64,000 nt of DNA from a virus: IMG/VR virus record IMGVR_UViG_3300037487_001316, positions 1-64,000 of that record; one strand, 5' to 3'. This document shows, piece after piece, positions 45,016 to 55,606 of the stretch. The notes beneath the pieces were generated by a model. It did no database searches. It saw only the letters and a list, made by a program, of their open reading frames with translations, and was not told the origin of the DNA. The stretch's first letter is position 1. Each line of letters starts with the position of its first letter. The position numbers and the translations under genes were made by a program.

Positions 45016-45047
45016 ATCCTATCACAAACTATTTGTAATTGGTTAAC

Positions 45048-45206
45048 ATGAAAAATAAAGAGTATCCTACAGATTTAAGGCATTTGCCTATTGAGGAACA
45101 GCGCAGAATTGCTCACGAAATGTTTGATAATATAAAGAGAAAATACGACCAACTTTTGGAAGATTTTCCCGAAATACAAGAAATATTGAGTAAAGAGAAA
45201 CATTAA
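45048..45206 (+). CDS. hypothetical protein (52 aa)
   Basis: MKNKEYPTDLRHLPIEEQRR... Confidence 0.4.
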   Translation: MKNKEYPTDLRHLPIEEQRRIAHEMFDNIKRKYDQLLEDFPEIQEILSKEKH

Positions 45207-45281
45207 AATTCCCTAACAAAATCATTTAACCCCTAAGCTGTCTCTGTATAACTACATAGACTTTAACTTAGGGGTTTTCTT

Positions 45282-45914
45282 ATGATTCTTGGCCTACTTG
45301 GATTTATTAATAGCGGAAAAGGCACGGTTGCATCGCAACTAGTTAGTGGATATAATTTCAGACAAGATAGTTTTGCAGCAGGTTTAAAAGATGCCTGTGC
45401 AGTAATGTTTGATTGGCCACGACATATGCTTGAAGGCGACACAAAAGAATCCCGAGAATGGCGAGAAATCGTTGACCCATGGTGGTCTGAACAATTAGGT
45501 ATGCCCAATTTCAGCCCAAGGCTTGCCTTACAGGTGATCGGGACAGATGTTATGCGTAATAATTTCCATCAAGATATGTGGTTCTTAACACTTCGTAATA
45601 GAATCCGTAAAAATCCTAATCAAAATGTAGTTATTAGCGATGTCAGATTTCCAAATGAAATAAAATTTATACAAGAACAAGGCGGCACTTTGATTAAAGT
45701 AAATCGTGGCCCTGCACCTGTTTGGTATGAAACGGCCATATTAGCGAATAAGGGAAATTCTATTGCTAAGGATGTAATGACTCAGACTTATTCAAATGCC
45801 CATCTTAGTGAATGGGCATGGGTGGGTTCTAAAATAGACTACGAGATAAATAACGACAGTAGTCTAGATTCCCTTGAAGGTCAGGTTCGGGAAGTGTTAT
45901 CCAATATATTGTAA
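45282..45914 (+). CDS. deoxynucleoside monophosphate kinase (T4 gp1-like)
   Basis: GFINSGKGT P-loop; SPRLALQVIGTD; VISDVRFPNE; HLSE. Confidence 0.9.
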   Translation: MILGLLGFINSGKGTVASQLVSGYNFRQDSFAAGLKDACAVMFDWPRHMLEGDTKESREWREIVDPWWSEQLGMPNFSPRLALQVIGTDVMRNNFHQDMWFLTLRNRIRKNPNQNVVISDVRFPNEIKFIQEQGGTLIKVNRGPAPVWYETAILANKGNSIAKDVMTQTYSNAHLSEWAWVGSKIDYEINNDSSLDSLEGQVREVLSNIL

Positions 45915-46000
45915 TATTGGTTTTTGTTTGTCGTATATTTAATGGCCTTCTAGATAAATACTAGCAACAAGAAGTAATATCTTCATAGGAGTTAAATTAT

Positions 46001-48763
46001 ATGGCAGTTTTAGTATCCCCAGGCGTAAGCGTATCAGTTATCGATCAGAGCATTAATGTTGGTGCCGGTCCAGGAACAGTTCCGCTAATTTTTATCGCCA
46101 CACAAGAGAATAAATCTACCCCAGACGGATCTGCAGTTGCCGTAGGTACAACCAAGGCAAATGCTGGTGTAGTTTGGTCTATCACTTCTCAGAGAGATTT
46201 GGTACAGACATTCGGCGATCCAACTTTCTATTCAGTAAGTGGCACATCGTTAAATGGTTATCCGTTGAACGAATATGGTCTACTTGCAGCTTATTCATAT
46301 TTAGGTATTTCTAATCTATGTAGAGTTGTTAGAGCAGATGTTAATACAGCACAATTAGAACCAACACCTATTGAGCCAACAAGCCCTGCAGCAACAGGTA
46401 CATATTGGCTCGATGAATCCTCGAGTGGTTCTTCATATGGCTTGTTTGTTCGTTCTGGTATATTCCCTAATGAAATATGGACTACCATAACACCGACATT
46501 TGTATTATCAAGCGCGCCGACAGCAGGTACAGGTGTTGTGGGTGATTATGCAGTAGTATTTCTAACAGCAACCGGCGCATTATCGTATTGGGTAAAGGTT
46601 TCGAGTACGGTATGGGCACAGCTAGGTGATAATACTTATACGTCTGTAGCAGGCGCAATTTCTTCAGGCACCACTGTGACAGTAAGTACAACTGCTGGAT
46701 TAAAAGTAGGTATGGTTCCGGAAGTTACTGCAGGTACAGGCATATTTGCTGCAGGTACAACTATCACAAATGTTTCTTTAGATGGTATGACATTTACTGT
46801 ATCGGCAACACCTTCTGTTGCTTTATCGGGCGGTGGATCAATAATTAAAGCAGGATTTGGGGTTGCTATTCAATCTGTATGGCCTGATTTAACAAGTGCT
46901 TCATTAACTGAAGAGTTTTGGGTTAAAACAACATCAGCAGCACAAGGTGCAAATCTTGTATTAAGAAAGATGAGCGCATCAACTGAATCGTTTATTCAAG
47001 TTGAAGCACCGATTTTAGCGGATGATGCAGCGGCTAATACATATTACGGTGCGAATGCAGCTGGTTCAGCAGGTCAGATTTATATCGAACCTGTGTCAAC
47101 AGGTGCTGATCCGATATCACTAACTGACTCATTAAGATTTAACTTAGGTGCGACTGCAACTACCTGGGCACCATTAGAAACTATCATAGATTCGGCTTCT
47201 GTTCCAACTCAAGGTCCTGATAACGGTCAACTATGGTTTAATGCCTTACTAGGTTTAAATGATAATGCTGAATCTACTATAGATATTTTAATTGCAGACG
47301 GTATCGGTGCTTGGCAGAATATTAATCTTCCTGGATTTACTTATACAGTATTACCGGGATCGCCTACATTGTATCCACAACCAGCTGATCCACAAGATAA
47401 CGTTCCTGCCCCTTCATTGGCAACGGGCGATATCTGGGTAAACACTGACGCTGCTCCATATCCGGTTATTAGCCGTTGGAATGGCGCTGTTTGGGTTCTG
47501 GTAGATAATACAGATGAAACAACACCAAACGGTATTGTATTCCAGGATGCTCGTCCAAACCCAATGTACCATGATGGTACATATTCCGGTGAAAATAACG
47601 AAGGTGGATCAAATCCTGACTTAGATCCTGATGCTCCACAGGCTGCATTGTATCCTAAGGGATTCTTATTGTGGAATACACGTTACTCAACTAACAATGT
47701 TAAGGTATGGGAAGCACCGTATGTATTTGATGGTGTAACTGCAGAACCAGATGATACAAACAATGGTTCAACAGGCCGTTGGTCATCAACATCTGGTAAT
47801 AATCCAGGCGGCGTACCTTACATGGGCGCAGCAGCACAACAAATTGTTATCGTGAAAGGTATTCAATCTGCTATTATTTCTAATGAAGATATTCGCGCAG
47901 AAGACTTGTATTTTAACTTAATTGCTGCTCCAGGTTTTGTTGAAGCAATTGACGAAATGCTTGTACTAAACGACGATCGTAAGGATACAGCGTTTGTGGT
48001 CGGTGATACACCGTTTACATTGAGTTCCACTGGAACATCATTACAGAATTGGGCAACAAATCATAGCTCTGCATTCGGTAATGGTGCTGACGGCCTTACA
48101 TCAGCAAGTAAGTATTTTAGTGCTTGGTATCCAAGTGGTTTAAGTACTAACGTTGATGGAACTGACGTAGTTGTTCCACCATCACATATGGCATTACGCA
48201 CTATCGCTTATAATGATCAAGTTGCTTATCCTTGGTTCGCTCCAGCAGGTTTACAACGTGGTGTTGTTAATAATGCGGCAGCAGTTGGATATGTTAACGC
48301 ATCTGGACAGTTTGTTTCAGTTAAATTGAATGAAGGCCAGCGCGATATCTTATATCAAAACGGTATTAATCCGATTCGCGTTATGCCACAAGGCGGTATT
48401 GTAGTGTTTGGACAAAAGACACGTCAGCCTTACGCAAGCGCAACAGATCGTATCAATGTAGTTCGTTTAGAAAACTATCTACGTTATATGTTAAACAACT
48501 TAGCACAACCGTTCTTGTTTGAGCCTAATGATACAACAACACGTAAATCAGTGAAAGACGCATTTGATAGAGCTCTATCGGAACTTATCACATTACGCGG
48601 TTTATATGACTTCTTGGTTGTTTGCGATTTAAGCAACAATACACCGGCTCGTATCGACAGAAACGAACTATGGATTGATGTAGCAATTCAACCAGTTAAG
48701 GCAATCGAATTCATCTATATTCCAATCAGAATTAAGAATACAGGTGCAAGTTTATCAGCTTAA
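46001..48763 (+). CDS. gp18: contractile tail sheath protein with large inserted domains
   Basis: LVSPGVSVSVID; PWFAPAGLQRG; GINPI; GQKT; DRINVVRL; FEPND; IQPVKAIEFIYI. Confidence 0.95.
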   Translation: MAVLVSPGVSVSVIDQSINVGAGPGTVPLIFIATQENKSTPDGSAVAVGTTKANAGVVWSITSQRDLVQTFGDPTFYSVSGTSLNGYPLNEYGLLAAYSYLGISNLCRVVRADVNTAQLEPTPIEPTSPAATGTYWLDESSSGSSYGLFVRSGIFPNEIWTTITPTFVLSSAPTAGTGVVGDYAVVFLTATGALSYWVKVSSTVWAQLGDNTYTSVAGAISSGTTVTVSTTAGLKVGMVPEVTAGTGIFAAGTTITNVSLDGMTFTVSATPSVALSGGGSIIKAGFGVAIQSVWPDLTSASLTEEFWVKTTSAAQGANLVLRKMSASTESFIQVEAPILADDAAANTYYGANAAGSAGQIYIEPVSTGADPISLTDSLRFNLGATATTWAPLETIIDSASVPTQGPDNGQLWFNALLGLNDNAESTIDILIADGIGAWQNINLPGFTYTVLPGSPTLYPQPADPQDNVPAPSLATGDIWVNTDAAPYPVISRWNGAVWVLVDNTDETTPNGIVFQDARPNPMYHDGTYSGENNEGGSNPDLDPDAPQAALYPKGFLLWNTRYSTNNVKVWEAPYVFDGVTAEPDDTNNGSTGRWSSTSGNNPGGVPYMGAAAQQIVIVKGIQSAIISNEDIRAEDLYFNLIAAPGFVEAIDEMLVLNDDRKDTAFVVGDTPFTLSSTGTSLQNWATNHSSAFGNGADGLTSASKYFSAWYPSGLSTNVDGTDVVVPPSHMALRTIAYNDQVAYPWFAPAGLQRGVVNNAAAVGYVNASGQFVSVKLNEGQRDILYQNGINPIRVMPQGGIVVFGQKTRQPYASATDRINVVRLENYLRYMLNNLAQPFLFEPNDTTTRKSVKDAFDRALSELITLRGLYDFLVVCDLSNNTPARIDRNELWIDVAIQPVKAIEFIYIPIRIKNTGASLSA

Positions 48764-48780
48764 TAACAGCTTAATAGAAG

Positions 48781-48809
48781 ATACCGGGTTAATTGCCCGG
48801 TATTTTTTT
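48781..48809 (+). terminator. intrinsic terminator
   Basis: ATACCGGGT-TAATT-GCCCGGTAT-TTTTTT. Confidence 0.7.
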
Positions 48810-48826
48810 GGCGATAAATATCCCAT

Positions 48827-49498
48827 ATGACTATATTACCATCTGCCGTCTCATTAAGAAAATACATAGATTATGTTCAACCTCAAGAAAATGTAGGATG
48901 CTGTACATCATGTGCTGTCTTATTAGCCGCAGAAATTATATCAGCAATAGCAGGTCATAAGATAAATTTTTCCAGATTATACCTATATTATATGACTCGA
49001 AAAGCGCAGAATAGATTAGGTCAGCATGGTGCAGAATTAAAAGAGACATTAAATGCATTGGTAGAGAACGGAGTACCGTTAGATAAATCCTGGCCGTTTA
49101 CTTTGCATAGAGTCGATATAAGGCCGTCTCGAGCAGCCATGGAAGAGGCGATTTCGTATAGACAATTTTCCTATCAGATATTAACACCTGGTGATTATAA
49201 AAATTATCTGAATCTAGGTATTCCCATAATAATCGGGTTAAAGACAGGTAAACTTTTCTGGGAATTAAGTGGTGAACTTAGCGAGCAAGCATATAAACCG
49301 ATAAATAATAAAGATAACAGGGAATCTAATGGTCATGCTGTGACTATTATAGGGTATGATGATACTCTGAATGGCGGATCTTGGATTATAGCAAATTCTT
49401 TAGGATTAAGATGGGGTAGTCAAGGTTTCGGGGCTATACCTTATATATGCAACAATGATATATGTGAATCTTATGCTATTACCTATTTGCCAAAATAA
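48827..49498 (+). CDS. papain-like (C1) cysteine peptidase
   Basis: QENVGCCTS (Q, C); GHAVTIIGYDD (H); WIIANSLG..WG (N). Confidence 0.85.
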   Translation: MTILPSAVSLRKYIDYVQPQENVGCCTSCAVLLAAEIISAIAGHKINFSRLYLYYMTRKAQNRLGQHGAELKETLNALVENGVPLDKSWPFTLHRVDIRPSRAAMEEAISYRQFSYQILTPGDYKNYLNLGIPIIIGLKTGKLFWELSGELSEQAYKPINNKDNRESNGHAVTIIGYDDTLNGGSWIIANSLGLRWGSQGFGAIPYICNNDICESYAITYLPK

Positions 49499-49561
49499 CC
49501 GCCGATAAAAAATTTCGGAAATTTGATAAATAGTATTAGCTTTTATAGCAGGAGAAAAAAG

Positions 49562-50179
49562 ATGGCAAATGCACAACCAACAATAGCCAAATTCGGTATA
49601 CCGTTAAATGGTAACAAACTTGGTATTTTACAACCTAAACAGAAATATCGTTTTAGAGTGATTTGGACAAATTTCGGTGAAAATAGAGACCCTAACCAAA
49701 TGACAGCCAGTGTAATGACTTGTACCCGTCCTAAAATTACATATGACGAAGTTAAATTAGATTCATATAATTCTGTAGCATGGATTCAGGGTAAACACAG
49801 TTTTGAAACAATTGAAATTAAATTACGTGACGATATTACAAACTCAGTAGTTTCCTCGGTCGGTGCTCAAGTTCAGAAACAAATGAATCACTTTGAACAG
49901 ACAAGCGCATCAGCAGGTATTAATTACAAGTTTAGTATGGAAATTCATTCGTTGGATGGTACAAATAACGAAGAACTAGAATCATGGTTCCTAGAAGGTT
50001 GCTGGATTAATTCGGCAGCATACAGCGATGGTGATTACGCTAGTGGAGATCCTCAAGAAGTTACATTAACAATTCGTTATGATAATGCAACAAATATTGC
50101 AGGTACTGATCAAGCATACGGTGGTACTGATCCATACCCAAGTACACCAAGCCCAACTGGTGGTACTACTTTCGCTTAA
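49562..50179 (+). CDS. gp19: tail tube protein
   Basis: QPKQKYRFRV; LESWFLEGCW; VTLTIRYDNA; AGGAG RBS; follows sheath. Confidence 0.85.
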   Translation: MANAQPTIAKFGIPLNGNKLGILQPKQKYRFRVIWTNFGENRDPNQMTASVMTCTRPKITYDEVKLDSYNSVAWIQGKHSFETIEIKLRDDITNSVVSSVGAQVQKQMNHFEQTSASAGINYKFSMEIHSLDGTNNEELESWFLEGCWINSAAYSDGDYASGDPQEVTLTIRYDNATNIAGTDQAYGGTDPYPSTPSPTGGTTFA

Positions 50180-50202
50180 TTTCGAAAGTTTGGAGGTGGC
50201 TT

Positions 50203-51432
50203 ATGGCTAACTCGAGCGCAAATAATGGCGGGAAATTCTATTATGAAAAGAGTTCCCGCCATGCTTCTTATAATTTCAATCAATCAGGGCAATCTTTATT
50301 TGTAAATCAGCCTCGGTTTCCGTTTGAGTATTATATCAATATTAATTTGAATAATGTTACAACAGCAACTACGTTTATTTCTGAATTTTTTCTTCCTGAT
50401 GATCTAAAACAAATCATGCCACTTGTTAAGACTGTCGACATGCCAGCCTTTAAGATTGAAACTACGCCATTAAATCAGTATAACAGAAAACGATTGAGTC
50501 AGACAAAGATAGCATTTGAACCAGTTAAAATGGTATTTCATGATGTTGCCGATGGTAAGACCTTAAAATTCTGGGATATGTATTATAGATACTATTTTGC
50601 CGATGGTATTGAACCGGGTATGAATTACGATAAGCCGATTCCGCAAATTGGTGGAACTTACTATACAGAACCAACGGGTGCGGCCGGCGGCCAGAGTACA
50701 GCAGATTTTGCTGCTACAGACCCTAGAAGATTAGATCTAGCAAGTGGATCAGCGACAAATACAAACGGTGATAAGAAAGCACTTCAAAATATTGTATCAG
50801 ATACACTGGATAATCATAATTTTGGTTTTAATTTACCCACTGTGCAGAATGTAAGAAATTTAATTCAATCCATAGACATATATCAGGTACATGGCGGCCG
50901 TTTCAACCAAGTTACATTAGTAAATCCCAGAATCTCAGCATTCACACATGATGTATTAAATTATGCATCAAGTGATAAGACTCTTGAAATGACATTTGTG
51001 TTTGAATATGAATATGCATTTTATACAATACAAAATATGGAATTAGGTAATCCGGGTAATCAGTCAAATAACAATTCGACTATAGAGCAATTTGAGCATG
51101 GTAATTTTTTAGAATTACCCACACTTTCGTTTAAAAGATTTGATCCGGCTTATGTTGAATCAAAAAATCCTTCCCCAGCTTTTACTGCTAATTCTGGTTC
51201 ACAAAACATAGGAAATAATACGCAAGCTTCATTAAGTTCGGTGAAGAGTCAGTATGTAGATACAAATGTGCCAGTAAGAACAAGTTCTAGTTCGTTAGGT
51301 GGGATGGTAGATGTAACACCTGGCCCGGCTAACATACCGTTTACTCCTAATATACAGACTAGACCATTTAACTCTGAAGCAACACCTAATACAACAATGT
51401 ACCCCGATATGAATCGTATAGGCGGTGTATAA
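50203..51432 (+). CDS. tube-like baseplate/tail-tube initiator (gp48/gp54-like)
   Basis: LVKTVDMP..LNQYNRKR..VKMVFHD..FWDMYYRYYFAD. Confidence 0.6.
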   Translation: MANSSANNGGKFYYEKSSRHASYNFNQSGQSLFVNQPRFPFEYYININLNNVTTATTFISEFFLPDDLKQIMPLVKTVDMPAFKIETTPLNQYNRKRLSQTKIAFEPVKMVFHDVADGKTLKFWDMYYRYYFADGIEPGMNYDKPIPQIGGTYYTEPTGAAGGQSTADFAATDPRRLDLASGSATNTNGDKKALQNIVSDTLDNHNFGFNLPTVQNVRNLIQSIDIYQVHGGRFNQVTLVNPRISAFTHDVLNYASSDKTLEMTFVFEYEYAFYTIQNMELGNPGNQSNNNSTIEQFEHGNFLELPTLSFKRFDPAYVESKNPSPAFTANSGSQNIGNNTQASLSSVKSQYVDTNVPVRTSSSSLGGMVDVTPGPANIPFTPNIQTRPFNSEATPNTTMYPDMNRIGGV

Positions 51433-51902
51433 TGGCTAATTCACTTTCGTCAATTGGCCGATTTAGTTCTCAGATGCTTACCTATCTGGGTACGCAAAGA
51501 ACTGTTAAGATAGTACCGGGCAGTATAGATAATACATTTAAGTATGCTACAGGAACCACTGTATTTCCTAACCCGGGTTCCATATCTCAAGCAGCATTAG
51601 GTGCAGGCGTTGTTGGCAATTATTCAGCGGCAACATATAATTCAACCAAGTGCTATTTTTTATCACGTGGTGCGACGCAGGTATATGCTGATACAATGAC
51701 CGGCTTAACAATAGATATAGCAAACATGTTGGGTATATCTACAGCAAATTTATTAGTACAATCCGAAGTTAATGGTGTAACGACATTGACACCCGATGCA
51801 TACAGATCTTTTAACATGCTCAGAGATACCGGTAATCAGGTAGGCACAGCTACTAGTGTTAATAATAGATACAGTCTCCAGTCTAGGCAAATAAGGTCTT
51901 AA
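51432..51902 (+). CDS. hypothetical virion protein
   Basis: In structural operon. Confidence 0.55.
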   Translation: MANSLSSIGRFSSQMLTYLGTQRTVKIVPGSIDNTFKYATGTTVFPNPGSISQAALGAGVVGNYSAATYNSTKCYFLSRGATQVYADTMTGLTIDIANMLGISTANLLVQSEVNGVTTLTPDAYRSFNMLRDTGNQVGTATSVNNRYSLQSRQIRS

Positions 51903-52340
51903 ATGAGATCCTATGTACAAGGCCAGTATAAACCTATAAATCCTAACAAATATGTAGGGACTTATCCTATAATCTTTCGTTCTTCGTGGGAACATAAAGT
52001 TATGGTAATGTTTGATACAAACCCAAATATATCGAGTTGGGCAAGTGAATCCTTAAAAATCCCCTATCAAAATCCATTCACTGGTAAGTATACTGTGTAT
52101 GTGCCTGATTTTGTAGTTACTTATGTGGATGCTAAAGGTAATCAAAAAGCAGAGATTATTGAAGTAAAGCCAGCCAAGGAGACTTTCTTAGAACAAGCAA
52201 AGTCCCAACAGGCTAAGGCAGCGGTCGCATTGAATACTTTCAAGTGGGCAGCAGCACAAGCATTTGCGAAGCATCAGGGCATGACGTTCAGGGTTATGAA
52301 CGAAGGTAATATTTTTAATAACCCGAAAGGTAGAGCCTGA
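51903..52340 (+). CDS. gp4: head completion nuclease (T4 gp4-like)
   Basis: YKPINPNKYVG; RSSWE; WASE; YVPDF; IEVKP; KWAAA. Confidence 0.9.
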   Translation: MRSYVQGQYKPINPNKYVGTYPIIFRSSWEHKVMVMFDTNPNISSWASESLKIPYQNPFTGKYTVYVPDFVVTYVDAKGNQKAEIIEVKPAKETFLEQAKSQQAKAAVALNTFKWAAAQAFAKHQGMTFRVMNEGNIFNNPKGRA

Positions 52341-52846
52341 TGACTAAGAAAATGGAAGATTTTTTCAACTTACCTCCCACTGAAAAGCCGGCGGTGGAAG
52401 AAGAGTTGCCTACAAAATCTAGAGAGCAACTAATGATCGAAGCTACTGAAATTAATAACGCACTTACTACTGCAGAAAAGATAGATTTCGCATTACCCGT
52501 GGTTGTCGGCCTCGAATCGCACGATAACGAGATGGATGAAGTTGCTAAACGTGCGATGGCAAAATTTGAGGATCTTTGCGATTTAGGCGGTAATGTACCT
52601 GACATGCACGCTGGGAAGATCTTTGAAGTAGCGGCACAATTTCTTAAGATAGCAGCAGATTCTAAGATATCTAAAGCAGATAAGAAATTAAAGATGATTG
52701 ATCTTCAACTCAAGAAAGTTCGTTCAGAACAAATAGATTTAGAACAGGGCAACGGTGATAAACGTCAACTAGGTGGCGGAGAATTCGATAGAAACGAACT
52801 TCTAAAATATATAGTGTCCAGTAAATCAGAAAACTCTGATAAATAG
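52340..52846 (+). CDS. hypothetical protein (possible small terminase)
   Basis: Helical 168-aa protein, FEVAAQFLK and RNELLK segments. Confidence 0.4.
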   Translation: MTKKMEDFFNLPPTEKPAVEEELPTKSREQLMIEATEINNALTTAEKIDFALPVVVGLESHDNEMDEVAKRAMAKFEDLCDLGGNVPDMHAGKIFEVAAQFLKIAADSKISKADKKLKMIDLQLKKVRSEQIDLEQGNGDKRQLGGGEFDRNELLKYIVSSKSENSDK

Positions 52847-52867
52847 TCGTAACACTGGAGTCACTAT

Positions 52868-53533
52868 ATGGCAGAAAAGAAATCATTTACCTCATATGTT
52901 GCAGATGCAAAGACAGACTATAATTATGTCTTGAAATTTGCAGTGCATGAAATGACCGACGACATGATTGATATGCTCGAATCGTGCTTAAAGAAATACG
53001 ATCTAAAATCAGCATCCTCGTTTAGAAAAACACCTATACAAGAAAGTCCGCTAGATTTTCCTAATATAAAAAATACAGCCGTATTTATTTGTGATTTAAA
53101 GCTTGGCTATCCCGGCTCACTAGATTTCCTTAGAACTTATATCTGTAATAATTTGGGAATTTCCCCACAGCAATTAGCTGTATATTCTGAAAACGATCCA
53201 CGTCAAATTGAGACAGATTTATACCTAGATAGAAATTCTCCAGAATACAAGAAGAAATATAAAACACGCCTTGGCAGCGATCCAGATGATACTGAAACAG
53301 TACCATATGGTGCAGCATATAACACTGATTTCCTAAAGGCTCTTGATAAAGTTAGCAAGGAACGTCAGTCCACAATAGTAATAAATCCGTTAAGTCCAGC
53401 AGAGACAATCGATCATACTACCTTAACAAAGGGGTATGATAGTTTCAATGATCCTAAGAATTTAAAGAAAGACGATTTAGGACTGTTCGGCCGTGTTAAA
53501 AAGCCTAGTCTAACTAGAGCAGGAGTCCTATAA
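52868..53533 (+). CDS. hypothetical virion protein
   Basis: GATAAATA and GGAG upstream; TPIQESPLDFP. Confidence 0.6.
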   Translation: MAEKKSFTSYVADAKTDYNYVLKFAVHEMTDDMIDMLESCLKKYDLKSASSFRKTPIQESPLDFPNIKNTAVFICDLKLGYPGSLDFLRTYICNNLGISPQQLAVYSENDPRQIETDLYLDRNSPEYKKKYKTRLGSDPDDTETVPYGAAYNTDFLKALDKVSKERQSTIVINPLSPAETIDHTTLTKGYDSFNDPKNLKKDDLGLFGRVKKPSLTRAGVL

Positions 53534-55107
53534 TGAATTTACAAAGAATGAAACAATTAGCCGGTATTAAGCTTAACGAAGGTGTTGTAGCTATTCCCGG
53601 CGTCGGTCAAGGCAGTGAGTCTAACATGCAAACCGCTGGGACAGTGGGGCGCAATCAAGCTTATGCAGCATACGATGCATCACAGCAACTTGATGAGCTA
53701 GTACGAGTAGGCTCAAATATAGATCCGAAGTCCGGTCGAGTTGCCCCCGACAATGCTGAAGGAAATCCTGATCTGTATAGAAAAAGTAAAGGAACTCAAG
53801 ACTCCAGGACTTGGCGCGATTCTACAGCAAGTGCTATGCGGGCCGCCCGAAAAAATCCTGCAAATAAAGGGGTAAAAGCAGATCAAGAAGGCTATACTTC
53901 TATGAAGTCGGGACAGGATGCTCTAGGAAATTCAAGGAAATTTTCTGACCGGCCTGAAGTACAACTGTCGGTACATCGACGCCCGAGTATGGAGAGTAAA
54001 ACACTAGATGAAAAATCTACCTCTGAAAAACAAGCAAGATTTATGGCTGCCGCAGCACATAATCCTGCATTTGCTAAAAGAGCAGGAATAGATGCAGGCG
54101 TAGCAAAAGAATTCAACAAGGCCGATACTGGCACCTCACAACTTAGTAATGCTATGAAACATAAGACAGAAGAGGGTCTAGGACAGTGGGTTAAAGATAA
54201 GGCTCGTGAAGTATTTAATACTCCTGATAAAAATGGAAATGTAAATTGGTCTAACGGTATGGGTAAGACTACTAAAGCACCTGGAGTAACTCAAGATAAA
54301 TTATCAAAGAATCCTATTAGTCCTGATAGAATGAGCGAAGAAGTAAAGAAGAGCGAGATTCCTGCAGTTCAGCGAAAGGCTGCACAACCGCAGGGGAATT
54401 GGAATATGTCGACTGCTGATTTGAAGCAAGAAAATCCATCAAATAAAGAATGGATGGATCAACGTGCTCAGCAAGTTGGTATTAAACCACGTACTCAAGC
54501 AGATGAGGGTGAAATGTTTCACCCAGATCATGATGCTGTGCATGGTGCAATGTCTGATTCGGATTATAATCAACATCAAGAAATGCAGCAGGATGCACGT
54601 GATGCATTTAACGACTATGTAAGAGGATATCTAACACAGCATTATTCAGCTGATTCTAGATTTTCCGATGACGAAGTTAGCGAGGTGGCCGCTGCTATGG
54701 GTTGTGATGAAGGCGAAGTATGGCAGGCTATGGAAGATATGGGCTTATTAGATGGCAGTGATAGCGAACCCGGTGAAGGCGGCCCTGACAATTATATGGA
54801 TGATGCCGAAGCCTTAGCAAGTGCTGGTCATGGATCTGATGAAGATTACGGCGATTACGGCAATGATGAATTTGAAGAAGCATTAGATTTAAATAATGGC
54901 TACGGTGGCACTAAAGCTGATGGTGAAGATTTCTTCCCTGATGGTGCAGATAGTCCTGTTGTAGATAATGTTGGACCGTCAGGTTCCCGTCAGGGCGATA
55001 ATCCAGAGCAGAAGAAGATGCAGGTTGCAGAAGTTCATAAAGAATTAGTCTATGGTTACAGAAATTATCTAAAAGAATCGGCCTTAACAGCCAAAAAAAA
55101 AAGTTAA
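53533..55107 (+). CDS. acidic low-complexity head/prohead core-like protein; ends at an A10 run
   Basis: Repeated L-x-E sites (KLNE, QLDE, TLDE, YLKE); KSTSEKQARFMAAAAH module. Confidence 0.6.
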   Translation: MNLQRMKQLAGIKLNEGVVAIPGVGQGSESNMQTAGTVGRNQAYAAYDASQQLDELVRVGSNIDPKSGRVAPDNAEGNPDLYRKSKGTQDSRTWRDSTASAMRAARKNPANKGVKADQEGYTSMKSGQDALGNSRKFSDRPEVQLSVHRRPSMESKTLDEKSTSEKQARFMAAAAHNPAFAKRAGIDAGVAKEFNKADTGTSQLSNAMKHKTEEGLGQWVKDKAREVFNTPDKNGNVNWSNGMGKTTKAPGVTQDKLSKNPISPDRMSEEVKKSEIPAVQRKAAQPQGNWNMSTADLKQENPSNKEWMDQRAQQVGIKPRTQADEGEMFHPDHDAVHGAMSDSDYNQHQEMQQDARDAFNDYVRGYLTQHYSADSRFSDDEVSEVAAAMGCDEGEVWQAMEDMGLLDGSDSEPGEGGPDNYMDDAEALASAGHGSDEDYGDYGNDEFEEALDLNNGYGGTKADGEDFFPDGADSPVVDNVGPSGSRQGDNPEQKKMQVAEVHKELVYGYRNYLKESALTAKKKS

Positions 55108-55604
55108 ATGAAAATCAACAGGTCTCTGATATATCTATAAACGATTATTACGGAGACTTTAATGTTTCTACTGACAGTATTGACTACGATAGTACTATTA
55201 GCGTGGCAGGAAAAGCATTAGATAGGGAAGGTAATGTTGCAGAGATCGGGTTTGATCTTGATATTGTAGCATCAGCAGGTTGGGAATGGGAACAAGACGA
55301 AAGTCCTACAGGATGGAATTATAAGTCCGATTCTCCAACATATACCACTACTACTTTTGCGTCAGTTAATACACCTGTGGTAAGTTCAGTATCATTCTCC
55401 CCAGAACAAGATTTCACTATAAACGGCGAATCTCATTCTATTCGCAATGCACAGAAGTATATAGATCCTACTGTTCTTAAACAATTACTAAATCCTGTAT
55501 TATATGCGAAGCTAATGGGTTCTGCATTTGAAAAAGAAGCCGAGAATATGGAACAGCCGGAACCAGATTTTGATGAGCCGGATTATAGTAGGGATGAATA
55601 TTAA
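55101..55604 (+). CDS. -1 frame extension of the preceding gene (no good start of its own)
   Basis: Frame of ORF 55203..55604 is open back through the A10 run (KLNENQQVSD...). Confidence 0.55.
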   Translation, partial: KLNENQQVSDISINDYYGDFNVSTDSIDYDSTISVAGKALDREGNVAEIGFDLDIVASAGWEWEQDESPTGWNYKSDSPTYTTTTFASVNTPVVSSVSFSPEQDFTINGESHSIRNAQKYIDPTVLKQLLNPVLYAKLMGSAFEKEAENMEQPEPDFDEPDYSRDEY

Positions 55605-55606
55605 TC

